Below are positions 28,987 to 38,745 of a DNA stretch of 64,000 nucleotides, one piece after another (position 1 is the stretch's first letter; each line of letters begins with the position of its first letter). The position numbers and the translations under genes are program-made. This stretch comes from Candidatus Eiseniibacteriota bacterium. Lineage in GTDB: Bacteria; Eisenbacteria; RBG-16-71-46; CAZAMP01. The notes under the pieces were generated by a model. It saw only the letters and a program-made list of their open reading frames with translations, did not search any database and was not told where the DNA came from. The DNA lies in the NCBI GenBank assembly GCA_965224245.1, contig OZ245046.1:2944001-3008000 (forward strand). The letters run 5' to 3'.

Positions 28987-30390
28987 ATGCGAACGCGTCG
29001 TTGTGCTCGTACCGCCGGCGCCGCCACCTCGTGCGCGGTCGTCGCGCTCTCGATCGGTCTCGTGCTCGTGTCCGGATGCGCGCGCTACCGCGCCTCCTCG
29101 CCCGGACTCGTCGCGCTGGATTCCCTGACCCCCGATTCCTCGATCGCCGTCACCGGCGATCCGCCCTTCACGATCTTCGCGCTGGGCGACTGGGGAACCG
29201 GTGACGATCACCAGCGCGCGGTGGCCTCCGCCCTCGCGGCCGAGGTGGCCGAGCTACCGTCGTGGGCTCGCCCGCCGGTCGTGCTCGAGCTGGGCGACAA
29301 CGTCTACGAGCACGGGCTCCCCCGGGGACGCCCCTGGAACGCGCCGGAAACGCGCGCGCTCCTCGACCGCACGTTCGGCGACGTCTACGGCGACGTGCGC
29401 TTTCACGGCGAGCCGGTACGGTTCGGCGTCGTGGCCGGCAACCACGATCACGGGCGCATGTTTCCCGTCCGGGAGAAGGACGACTGGGGCGACGTCGTCC
29501 CACACGAGACGCTGGCCGAGAGCCTGTGGGTCAACTACCGGCACTACCCGCTTCCGCACGCGCGGGTGGGCCTGTCGGACTCGAACGACCGCGCCGAGTT
29601 CGAGGCGCTGTCCGATCCGTCGGTGCGATTGACCGACCTGATGCTGCCCGAGCGGATCGACGTCGGGGACGATCGCGTGTGCGTGATCGCGCTGGACACG
29701 CAGCTGATCCTGAACCTCTACGAGCAGGCGGGGCCGCCCCGGCGCGAGGTCCCCGCGGCCGAGCGGCACTGGGCCGAGCTGGCGCGTCTCCTCGACGAGC
29801 GGTGGCGAGGCGACCCCGGGAGCCGGGCGGCATGGACGATCGTGATCGGCCACCATCCGGTTCGCACGTACGGCTGGCACGGCGGCCTCTCCGGCCCCAA
29901 GCAGTGGCTCTGGAGCGGTGCGCGCGACTCCTTGCCGTGGTACCTGCGCGTGCTGCCGCCGGTGCTGTGGGCCGTGGTCACGAACGTGTACGACGTGTGC
30001 GTGGACGATCTCCAGGACCTGGATCACGGGGCCAATCGCGCGTTCCGAGAGCGGCTCCACCGGATCCTGGTCGAGCACGACGTGGACGTGTACGCGTCGG
30101 GGCACGATCACAACCTCCAGCTCGTGCACCTCGGGACGCCCGACGACCGCGTCGAGGACGGACGTCTCCTGCAGATCGTCTCGGGCTCGGCGTCCAAGCT
30201 GGAGCCGATCGCCCGGGGTGGCGACGAGCTCCTGTTCTCGAGCTCGTCGTTCGGATACGTCCGGCTGGACGTCTCGCGGGCCGCGCTGGGGATCACCGTC
30301 GTGGGGGTCGACACCGGGACGTTCCGGGATCGCGGCTCGGTGCACGGGACCACGCTCGCGTCGTATCGACTCCAGCGCACGCCGTCCTAG
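28987..30390 (+). CDS. Lipoprotein metallophosphoesterase (purple acid phosphatase-like)
   Basis: VSGC lipobox; GDWG, GDNVY, GNHD, GHH, GHDH. Confidence 0.88.
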   Translation: MRTRRCARTAGAATSCAVVALSIGLVLVSGCARYRASSPGLVALDSLTPDSSIAVTGDPPFTIFALGDWGTGDDHQRAVASALAAEVAELPSWARPPVVLELGDNVYEHGLPRGRPWNAPETRALLDRTFGDVYGDVRFHGEPVRFGVVAGNHDHGRMFPVREKDDWGDVVPHETLAESLWVNYRHYPLPHARVGLSDSNDRAEFEALSDPSVRLTDLMLPERIDVGDDRVCVIALDTQLILNLYEQAGPPRREVPAAERHWAELARLLDERWRGDPGSRAAWTIVIGHHPVRTYGWHGGLSGPKQWLWSGARDSLPWYLRVLPPVLWAVVTNVYDVCVDDLQDLDHGANRAFRERLHRILVEHDVDVYASGHDHNLQLVHLGTPDDRVEDGRLLQIVSGSASKLEPIARGGDELLFSSSSFGYVRLDVSRAALGITVVGVDTGTFRDRGSVHGTTLASYRLQRTPS

Positions 30391-30395
30391 CGGTT

Positions 30396-30428
30396 CCGCG
30401 GGCGATCCCGCGGGCGATCCCGCGGGCG
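30396..30428. repeat. 12-bp tandem repeat (CCGCGGGCGATC x2.7)
   Basis: Read directly; fills the gap between convergent genes. Confidence 0.8.
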
Positions 30429-30430
30429 CA

Positions 30431-31789
30431 TCAGGGCAACCGGGCCGCCCGCTTGCCCACGCGGCGCCGGAAGATGTCCTCGACTCGCCGCTTCTGACGC
30501 GCGCGTACCGGTCCGATCACCGCCAGGTAGCGATTGGCGGGACGGAACACGTCGGCCACCACGCGCTCGAGGTCGCCCATGTCGACCGCGAGGTAGCGCT
30601 CGGCCTCGCGGCGCGGGTCGGGCAGCTCGGCCGGCGAGTCCAGGGCCTCCACGCGGCCGAACCAGTCACAGATCTCCAGCGGGTTGTCCAGGAGGAAGTC
30701 GGCCGTCGCGCGCGACACGCAGCGCGCGCGCTCGAGCTCCTCCCCGGTGACCCCGGACTCCCGGATCTCGTCCAGCGTGTCGAACAGTGCGATCAGCGTG
30801 GGCTCGGTGTTCTGCTCGCCGCAGTACGTGGAGATCGTGATCGCGCCGACGTCACGGAACGTCTCGACGTCGGCCCGGACGTCGTACACGAGGCCACGCT
30901 CCTCGCGCACGCGCTGAAACAGCCGGCTCGCCGCGCCGCCGCCGAGGACGCCGGCCAGCACGGCCGACGCCGGATAGTCGGCGTGTCCCAGCGCGTACGA
31001 GCGCATGGCGACGCACAGGTCGACCTGGGTGCCGTCGAAGTAGCGCACGATGGACGCGGGGCGATCGTCGCGCGGATCGATCGGGCGGTACTCGCCGACG
31101 CGCGGGCCCGTCAGCCCGGCGAACACCTCGGCCACCCGCTCGACGGCCGCCTCGGTCTCGAGATCCCCGACCACGACCACCACGGTGTTGCCGGCGGTGT
31201 AGTAGTGCTCGTAGAAGTCGAGCACGCGCGCCCGATCGAACGACGAGAGGTTCCGGAACAGGACCCCCATGTCGACCTGCGCCAGCTCGTCGCCCCACAG
31301 GAGCTGGTAGGCCAGCTCGTGCAGGTTCACGTTGTCACCACGGGAGTCGGTGTACTGCCCCATCTCCTCGACGAGGATCGCGCGCTCGATCTCGACCTGC
31401 TCGTCGGTGAACGTGGGCTCCAGCAGGAGCTCGCCCAGGAGCCCGATACCGTCTCGCCAGTGGTCGCGATGCACGTCCACGATGTAGTCGGTCAGCTCCT
31501 GATGGACGCCGGCGTCCACGTAGCCGCCGAGCCGCTCCACCGCCCGCGAGAGGTCGATGGAGTCGGCATGGCGGCTGGATCCCCGAAACAGAAGATGCTC
31601 GAGGAAGTGGGCGAGCCCGAGCTCGGCCCGGGTCTCGTAGCGCGACCCGATCCGGAGGAACGCACCCAGGGCCACCGAGTGCACGTGCGGCCGGCGCACG
31701 ACGATCACGGTGAGCCCGGAGTCGAGCACGCGCCGGGTGACCTGGATCGCGCTCGCGTTCGGGTCGGGCCCGCCGGTGTCGACCGTCAT
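30431..31789 (-). CDS. M16 family zinc peptidase
   Basis: HFLEH; SRLFQRVREERGLVY. Confidence 0.92.
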   Translation of the reverse strand: MTVDTGGPDPNASAIQVTRRVLDSGLTVIVVRRPHVHSVALGAFLRIGSRYETRAELGLAHFLEHLLFRGSSRHADSIDLSRAVERLGGYVDAGVHQELTDYIVDVHRDHWRDGIGLLGELLLEPTFTDEQVEIERAILVEEMGQYTDSRGDNVNLHELAYQLLWGDELAQVDMGVLFRNLSSFDRARVLDFYEHYYTAGNTVVVVVGDLETEAAVERVAEVFAGLTGPRVGEYRPIDPRDDRPASIVRYFDGTQVDLCVAMRSYALGHADYPASAVLAGVLGGGAASRLFQRVREERGLVYDVRADVETFRDVGAITISTYCGEQNTEPTLIALFDTLDEIRESGVTGEELERARCVSRATADFLLDNPLEICDWFGRVEALDSPAELPDPRREAERYLAVDMGDLERVVADVFRPANRYLAVIGPVRARQKRRVEDIFRRRVGKRAARLP

Positions 31790-34452
31790 CCCGTCGCGGT
31801 CGGCGCCGGCGACAGGATCGCCGTGACCGAGCGTTTCAGATCGAGCGTCTCCGCCGCCGCGGCCACGACCTGCTCCACGGTGACCGCCCGGATCCGGTCC
31901 GGATAGGCCAGGACGTTCGCATGTCCGAGCCCCAGCGCGTCGGCCCGGGCGAACGCGGCGGCCTGACTGCCGCTGCGCTGGAGACCGATCAGGTGCGCGC
32001 CGGTCAACGAGTTGATGGCCCGCTCCATCTCCTCGGACGTGGGGGGATCGGTCACCACGCGGGTGAGCTCCGCGCGCAGCGCCTCGAGCGCACCGTCGAC
32101 GAGATCGGGGCTCGTCCCCACGTAGGCGCCGAAGCTCCCGGCGCCGTCGAGCGACGAGTAGAAGCTCCCGGTGTAGTAGCAGAGGTGGCGCTCGTCGCGG
32201 AGCACGGTGAACAGGCGTGCGCCCATGCCCGAGAGCACCGAGTTCAGCACCGCGTGCGCGAACCGGGTGGGCGAGTGCACGTCGGGGGCCGGCACGGCGA
32301 GCACGAGGACGCTCTGCGCCTTGTCCTTCTCGATGCGGGTGAGCACGGGCTCGGCCGGCGGTGTGAACACCCACGGCGGCGCCGCCGCCATCTCGCCGCG
32401 CGGCAGTCGTTCGAGCCGCTCGGAGAGCGTGGCCGCGAGCGCGGACCCGTCGACGTCGCCGACGGCAGCGAACGTGAGGTTCTCGGCCACGAAGAACCGC
32501 CGGTGCCAGGCGATCAGATCGTCCCGGGTGATCGACGCCACCGTCTCGGGGGTGCCGAGCGGGTTCGCCCCGTATGGATGGTCTCCGTAGAGCTCGGCGC
32601 GGAGCGCGTCCATCGTGATCGCCATCGTGTCGTCACGCTCCTGCTCGATGTCGATCAGGAGCATCCGGCGCTCGCGCTCGACCTCGTCCTCGGGGAACGA
32701 CGCGTCAAGCAGGATGTCGGCGAACAGATCGAGCGCCTGATCCAGGCGATCGGTGAGCGCCTCCAGGTAGAAGCCGATGGTGTCGCGATCGGTGAACGGA
32801 TAGAGCGTGATGCCGTGACGGTCGATCTCCTCGGCCAGCGCAGCGTAAGAGTGCCGGGTGGTCCCCTTCACCAGCGTGCGGCTGGTCAGGATGCCCACGC
32901 CCCGTCGGTCGCGAGGCTCGAAGCGGATTCCGGCCCGACCGTAAGCCGCCAGCGCCACCATCGGTGTCTTGCGGTTCTCGCGGAACACGAAGCGGCTGCC
33001 ACCGGCGAGCTTGGTCTCGGAGACGGCGCCGGGCCGTTCCGCGCGCCCGTTGGCGCGCACGCGGGGGATCGAGAGCTTCTTCGAGGCGTGCTTCGGGGCG
33101 GTCGCGGCCGCGTCCGACGCCGCGGCGGTCACGTCGGCGAGCCGGGCCTCGAGGCGGGCCGCGTACGCGGCCTCTCCCGACCGATCCGGCCCGGTCTTGG
33201 GGCCGGGCAGGTACGTCATCACGGTGCTGCCGTCGAACGTCAGGTACTCTCGCGCCACGCGAAGGACGTCGGCGGCGGTGACGTGCCGCATGCGCTCGAC
33301 GTGCTCCTCGGCGAGATGGTAGCCGCCCAGGTGCTCGAATCGCCCCATGACGTTGGTCTGGCCCTGCACGGTCTCGAGCGCCGAGACGAAGTCGACGATG
33401 ACGTTCGTGACCGCCTTCTCGAGCTCGCGGTCGGTGACCGGCTCCAGGCTGAAGCGTCCGATCTCCTCGTAGACGGCGGCGATGGCGGCCTCGACGTTCT
33501 CGGGCTTGCTCACCGCGTCCACCAGCAAGATCCCCGGATCCCGCCCGGACTCGGCCGAGACGCTGATCTGCGACACGAGCGCCTTCTCCTCGAGGACCCG
33601 CTGCTGCAGGCGCGAGGAGCGCCCGACGCCGAGAAGATGGGCCAGCACGCCCAGCGGCGCCGAATCGGCGTGAAGCTCGGCCGGTACGTGAAAGCCGATC
33701 TTGAAGTATCCGAGCTCGACGTCGCCGGTGATGGCCACGTGCCGGAACCGGTCCTGCGCGGGCTCGGGCTCCGAGCGTGGCAGGTCGACCGGTCGCTCGG
33801 GAATCCGACCCACGGTGCGGGTCAGCGCGGCGATGGCCTCCTGGGTGTCGACGGCCCCGGCGACCGTGTAGATGATGTTGCCCGGCGCGTAGCCGCGATG
33901 GAAGTAGTCGACGATCCGATCGCGTGGCGTCTCCCGCAGCGTGTCCTCGGTGCCGATGATGGACCGGCCGTACCGGTGCCGCGTGAACGCGACGCTCATC
34001 AGGATGTCCCAGGTGAACCCGAAGCCCTCGGGCACGTCCTGGTACATCTGGAGCTCCTCGATGATGACGTTGCGCTCGGCATCGAGAGCGTCGGGGTCGA
34101 AGCGGGAGTTCATCAACGCGTCGGCGTGGATGTCGAGTGCCTGCTCGAAGCCCTCGACCGGCAGGCACACGTAGTAGTGGGTGCTCTCGTAGCCCGTGGC
34201 GGCGTTCAGCTCGCCGCCCAGCCGCTTCACCTCGCGGGCGATGTCACCGACGCCGCGCCGTTTCGTGCCCTTGAAGAGCATGTGCTCGATTCCGTGTGAC
34301 CACCCCCACACGTCGTCCGTCTCGGTGTTCGAACCGACCCCGACGTAGAAGTTGCAGCAGACCACCGGGCACGAGAAATCTTCCTTGATCAGGACCGTCA
34401 TTCCATTGGGGAGGGTCGTCTTGGTCACGTCGGAGAACAAACCGGAGGCCAT
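31786..34452 (-). CDS. M16 family zinc peptidase, double-length
   Basis: HGIEH in N-half, inactive C-half; ATGA overlap with next gene. Confidence 0.92.
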   Translation of the reverse strand: MASGLFSDVTKTTLPNGMTVLIKEDFSCPVVCCNFYVGVGSNTETDDVWGWSHGIEHMLFKGTKRRGVGDIAREVKRLGGELNAATGYESTHYYVCLPVEGFEQALDIHADALMNSRFDPDALDAERNVIIEELQMYQDVPEGFGFTWDILMSVAFTRHRYGRSIIGTEDTLRETPRDRIVDYFHRGYAPGNIIYTVAGAVDTQEAIAALTRTVGRIPERPVDLPRSEPEPAQDRFRHVAITGDVELGYFKIGFHVPAELHADSAPLGVLAHLLGVGRSSRLQQRVLEEKALVSQISVSAESGRDPGILLVDAVSKPENVEAAIAAVYEEIGRFSLEPVTDRELEKAVTNVIVDFVSALETVQGQTNVMGRFEHLGGYHLAEEHVERMRHVTAADVLRVAREYLTFDGSTVMTYLPGPKTGPDRSGEAAYAARLEARLADVTAAASDAAATAPKHASKKLSIPRVRANGRAERPGAVSETKLAGGSRFVFRENRKTPMVALAAYGRAGIRFEPRDRRGVGILTSRTLVKGTTRHSYAALAEEIDRHGITLYPFTDRDTIGFYLEALTDRLDQALDLFADILLDASFPEDEVERERRMLLIDIEQERDDTMAITMDALRAELYGDHPYGANPLGTPETVASITRDDLIAWHRRFFVAENLTFAAVGDVDGSALAATLSERLERLPRGEMAAAPPWVFTPPAEPVLTRIEKDKAQSVLVLAVPAPDVHSPTRFAHAVLNSVLSGMGARLFTVLRDERHLCYYTGSFYSSLDGAGSFGAYVGTSPDLVDGALEALRAELTRVVTDPPTSEEMERAINSLTGAHLIGLQRSGSQAAAFARADALGLGHANVLAYPDRIRAVTVEQVVAAAAETLDLKRSVTAILSPAPTATG

Positions 34453-34585
34453 GTCGGCTCCTCGTGGGGCATTGTTGGGAAGAACGGTGACTCGCCGCCC
34501 GGCCGCCCGTCGCGGTCGCTCGCGGCATTCGCATGGGTCCCGAGGGCGGGTCATTCTAGGCGGAGCCGGGGCCGGCCTCAAGTGC

Positions 34586-37500
34586 TCACGCGCGACGCCC
34601 CCCGGCCCGGAGGCGCGCGAACCGGGCCTCGTCCAGGCGGCCGGCCAGGAGGTCCGCCACGCGCTGCCTCCGCTGCGCGGCGCTCGTGGCCGGCGGAAGG
34701 CCGACGCGGTCCCGCCGGGCATCCGCGGCGCCGAGAAACCGGGCGGCCAGCCGCGGATGGGAGTCCGCGAGGAGCTCCGCCACCGCCTCCAGCGTATCGG
34801 CCTCCCCGACCGTGTCCCCGATGTCGCGCCGCTGGCGGAGGCTCTCGAAGAGATGCGCGCGGGCGGCGTCTCGGTCGCCACGGGCGAACGCGATCGCCCC
34901 CAGGTTGTGATGGGTCTCCGCGGTGCCGCGGCGGTCGTCGAGCGTGCGCCGTACCGACAGCGCCTCCTCGTGGTACTGCCACGCCCGATCCAGGTCACCC
35001 AGGCGCTCGGCCACCGTGCCCAGGTTGTTCAACGAGTTGGCCTCCGCGACCCGGTCGCCGAGGTGCCTGCGCAGCTCGAGGCTCTCGAGATAGTGTCGCT
35101 CGGCGGTCGCGTAGTCGCGCTCGCGCTCGGCGACGACGCCGAGGTTCAGGAGCGACGTCGCGACCTCGCCGTCGCGTCCGGCCTCGCGATGCATCGCGAG
35201 CGTCGTCTCGAACGCGCGCCGAGCCTCGTCGTGGCGGCCCGCGAAGATGTGCACGACGCCGAGGTTCCCCATCGCCCGGGCCACCAGGAGCTCGTCGTCC
35301 AGCCGGCGTCCACGTGCGATGCACGCCCGATAGCGCGCGGCGGCCGCGTCGACGTCGCCCTGATCCAGCGCCAGGTTGCCCTCCCAGTTGAGGGCGTTCC
35401 CCAGGACCGTGGGCGCCGCGTCGTCGGGAACGGCCGCGATGGCCTCGCTGAGACGGCGACGTCCCTCGGACCAGAGGCCGCGGACGTGCCAGTACTGGCC
35501 CATCCACGTGGCCACGCGCAGCGCGACGACCGGATCGTCGGCGAGCGCCCGCTCCATCGCGACCACCACGTCGGGAAGCGCCTCGTCGATCCGGCTCAGC
35601 CAGGCCGCCTGCTCGGGGCCACGCACCCCGTCGGCCGCCCGCGAGACGAGATCCACGACGACCGCACGGTGCCGCTCCACGAGCGCGGCGTCGGGGGTCG
35701 ACGTGCGGACGGCGTCCGCGACGCGCGCGACCACGCGATAACGGAGACCCGACGCATCGGGTGAGGGCTCGTTCCGCCCGCTGGCCGGAACCGCGTCGAC
35801 CAGCGCCATGTCGCAGAGCTCGAGGAGCGCCGGCATCAGCCGCTCGGGCGGCAGCGCGTCGTCGGCGCAGACGCGGACCAGGGCGTCGGCCCCCGCCGGG
35901 GACGCGAAGATCGGCATGCGCGACACCAGGCATCGTGCGCCGGCCGACAGACGGTCGAGGCTCCAGGCGATGGCGCGGGTCACGGCGTCCTCGGCGTCCG
36001 GCGGTGCGAGGGTGTGGAGCGCGGCCTGCACGCGCGACCGTGCCGCCGCCGCCAGCTCGATCGCGAGCGGGAACCCACCCACGCGGCGGCAGACCTCGGC
36101 CACCTCGGCCAGCTCGACGGGATCGGCCGGATCGAGGACGCTTCCGTCGTCGGGGGACCGCGCCGGCTCGGCTCCACTCGCGTCGCGCGATGCCACGTCG
36201 AGAAACAGCGCGATCGCGGGCGAGCGCGCGAGCGTGGCCGCATCCCCGCCCGGGGGCGGCACCGGCAGCGCGCGCACACGCACCGTGGTCGCCGAATCGA
36301 GCGGCGCGCGCGACGTGACGAGAAGACGGGCCCGGGGACCATCCGCGAGATCGGTGACGAGTCGGGCGACATCCTCGAGGAGCGCATCGGCCTGGTCGAG
36401 GACGACGAGCCGGCCGGTGGCCTCGATCGCATCGCGCACGGCGCCCTCGAGCGAGCGATCGCGCCCCTCGCCCACGGCGAGAGCGCGGGCCACCCGCAGC
36501 AGCACATCCGACCGGTCCCGTGCGCCGGCGAGATCGACGACCACCGACCCGCCGGGCGCGACCGACCGGTCCCCGTGCACGGCGCGGGCCACCTCTAGGG
36601 CCACGCGCGTCTTGCCGACCCCGCCGGGCCCGACCAGCGCGACGCACCGATGCGTCACCAGAAGCGCGGATACCATCGCGATCTCGTGCGCCCGCCCCCG
36701 CGTCGGCGTGCGAGCGCCGTCCACCGCGGGATCCATCGGCGGCACACCCGCGTCCGCGCCGGTCCCCGGCGGCTGCCGCGCCAGGGCGAGCGCCTCCGAG
36801 AGGATCCGGCGGCACGCGTCGGCGCTTCGGGGGCGGTTCGACGGATCCTCGTCCAGCGCTCGATCGATCATGTCCGTGACGGCCGGGACCCCGTCGAGGG
36901 ACGCCGGCCAGGGCGGGCGCGCGGGGCCTTGCCCCGTCACGTCGGCCCAGCGGGATCCGGTCAGGCACTCGAAGAGCACGACCCCGAGCGACCACACGTC
37001 GGCGCGGGTGTCGATCTCGTCGCCGCGGCGCGCCTCGGGGCTCACGTACCCGGGCGTGCCCACCGGCAGCGCCGACTCGCCGCCGAGCTGCGCGATCCCG
37101 AAGTCGAGGACCTTCGCGGTGCCGGCCGGTGTGACCACCACGTTGGACGGCTTCAGATCGCGGTGCACGAGCCCCCGGGCGTGGGCTTCGGCCAGCGCGA
37201 GCGCGACGTCGTGTCCGACGGCGAGCGCCCGCTCGAGCGACATCAGCCCCGCGTCCAGGACCGCGCGGAGCGTGCGCCCCTCCACGTACTCCACGACGAG
37301 CCGGGGCTCGGGGTCGGACACCTCGAGCGCCAGCACGCGCGCGATCGCCGGATGGTCGAGCGACGCCAGCACTCGGGCCTCGCGGGCCAGTCGGCGCCGG
37401 GCCGACCGGGCACGCGGCTCGTCGAGGAACTTCAGCGCAACGCGGCGACCGGACTCGTGCCCGGTTGCCAGCCACACTTCTCCGGCGCCGCCCGCGCCGA

Positions 37501-38158
37501 GACGTTCGACGAGCACGTAGCTGCCCGAGCGCGCGCCCGGGATCCGCCCCCGCGAGGGGGTCGGCTCCCCGGCGGCCTCGTCGTCTCGGTCACCTTCGGT
37601 CGGCTCACCCAGACGCTCGCTCAGGAACTCCCGCGCACGCGCCCAGTCGCGCTCGATCGTGCGCGAGGTGACACCCAGGAGCTCGGCGGCGTCCGCCGCA
37701 CGGAGCCCGCCCAGACCGATCAGCTCCACGACGCGCGCCTGGCGCGGGGACAGCCGCCCGAGCTCGGCGAGCGCGTCCTCCAGCGCGATCGCGTCGCACA
37801 CGTCGCCCGGCGGCGTGCCCCCGATCGACGACAGCGACACGTGCGTGACGTTGCCGCCCCGCTTGCGCCGTCCCTTGCCGCGCGCGTGATCCACCAGCAG
37901 CCGTCGCATCGCCTTCGCGCTGAGCGCCAGGAACTGCCGCCGCGACCGGGCCGACACGTCCGCGCCGGCGCTGACCCGGATGAACAGCTCGTTCACGAGG
38001 CCCGCGGGATCGAGCGTATGATCGCGGCGTTCGCCGATCATCTGTCGCCGCGCGATGGACAGCAGCTCGTCGTAGGCCGCGGCGAACGCATCGGACAGGA
38101 CCGACCGGGCCGGGGCGTCGGTGTCGAGACGCGCGAGCAGGCGTGTGATCTCGGTCAT
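34586..38158 (-). CDS. ECF sigma factor - Ser/Thr kinase - STAND ATPase - TPR fusion
   Basis: YDEL..AMRRLLVDHAR..KRGG; GAGGAG, HRDLKPSN, DFG; GPGGVGKT; repeated LNNLG TPRs. Confidence 0.88.
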   Translation of the reverse strand: MTEITRLLARLDTDAPARSVLSDAFAAAYDELLSIARRQMIGERRDHTLDPAGLVNELFIRVSAGADVSARSRRQFLALSAKAMRRLLVDHARGKGRRKRGGNVTHVSLSSIGGTPPGDVCDAIALEDALAELGRLSPRQARVVELIGLGGLRAADAAELLGVTSRTIERDWARAREFLSERLGEPTEGDRDDEAAGEPTPSRGRIPGARSGSYVLVERLGAGGAGEVWLATGHESGRRVALKFLDEPRARSARRRLAREARVLASLDHPAIARVLALEVSDPEPRLVVEYVEGRTLRAVLDAGLMSLERALAVGHDVALALAEAHARGLVHRDLKPSNVVVTPAGTAKVLDFGIAQLGGESALPVGTPGYVSPEARRGDEIDTRADVWSLGVVLFECLTGSRWADVTGQGPARPPWPASLDGVPAVTDMIDRALDEDPSNRPRSADACRRILSEALALARQPPGTGADAGVPPMDPAVDGARTPTRGRAHEIAMVSALLVTHRCVALVGPGGVGKTRVALEVARAVHGDRSVAPGGSVVVDLAGARDRSDVLLRVARALAVGEGRDRSLEGAVRDAIEATGRLVVLDQADALLEDVARLVTDLADGPRARLLVTSRAPLDSATTVRVRALPVPPPGGDAATLARSPAIALFLDVASRDASGAEPARSPDDGSVLDPADPVELAEVAEVCRRVGGFPLAIELAAAARSRVQAALHTLAPPDAEDAVTRAIAWSLDRLSAGARCLVSRMPIFASPAGADALVRVCADDALPPERLMPALLELCDMALVDAVPASGRNEPSPDASGLRYRVVARVADAVRTSTPDAALVERHRAVVVDLVSRAADGVRGPEQAAWLSRIDEALPDVVVAMERALADDPVVALRVATWMGQYWHVRGLWSEGRRRLSEAIAAVPDDAAPTVLGNALNWEGNLALDQGDVDAAAARYRACIARGRRLDDELLVARAMGNLGVVHIFAGRHDEARRAFETTLAMHREAGRDGEVATSLLNLGVVAERERDYATAERHYLESLELRRHLGDRVAEANSLNNLGTVAERLGDLDRAWQYHEEALSVRRTLDDRRGTAETHHNLGAIAFARGDRDAARAHLFESLRQRRDIGDTVGEADTLEAVAELLADSHPRLAARFLGAADARRDRVGLPPATSAAQRRQRVADLLAGRLDEARFARLRAGGRRA

Positions 38159-38216
38159 GCGCCAGTGTACTGCGCGTCCCCGGGCGACCGCGCGCGAGAT
38201 CTTCCGCCCACGGCGG

Positions 38217-38744
38217 TCAGAGGATGCGGGTCAGTGAGACACCCGAGATGGTCGCGCCGATCAGGAGCTTGATCCAGACCGCACCGAGCTTGCCCACGAA
38301 GGCACCCCAGCCGGCACGCGCGCTCTCCCCGAGCCCGCCGGTGTCCCGGCGGCGGCGAGCCCACTCCAACGCGAAGGCCCCCAGAAACGCCCCGGCGAAC
38401 GACCCCAGGAGCGTGCCCACGATCGGGACCACACCGCTCCCGAGCGTGGCCCCGGCGATGCCGCCCACGAACGCGCCGGCGATCCCCCAGCGTCCCGCGC
38501 CGTACCGGCCCGCCATCGCGGCCCCCAGGATCGACTCCAGGATCTCGCCGATCACGACGAGCCCGGCGAAGATGCCGAGCCAGACCCACCCGACCACGTC
38601 GAACCCGTGGATCCAGTCGTAGAGCACGGTCGCGCCGAGGATGATGAACGTGCCGCCGAGCCCCAGGGGAATGGCCACGAGCCCGACGACGTAGACGGCG
38701 ATCAGCACGACCGTCGCCAGGACGGCACCAATGGATTCCCACAC
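38217..38744 (-). CDS. DUF456 family membrane protein
   Basis: Gly-rich TM pattern, GAFVGGIAG. Confidence 0.8.
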   Translation of the reverse strand: MWESIGAVLATVVLIAVYVVGLVAIPLGLGGTFIILGATVLYDWIHGFDVVGWVWLGIFAGLVVIGEILESILGAAMAGRYGAGRWGIAGAFVGGIAGATLGSGVVPIVGTLLGSFAGAFLGAFALEWARRRRDTGGLGESARAGWGAFVGKLGAVWIKLLIGATISGVSLTRIL

Positions 38745-38745
38745 G

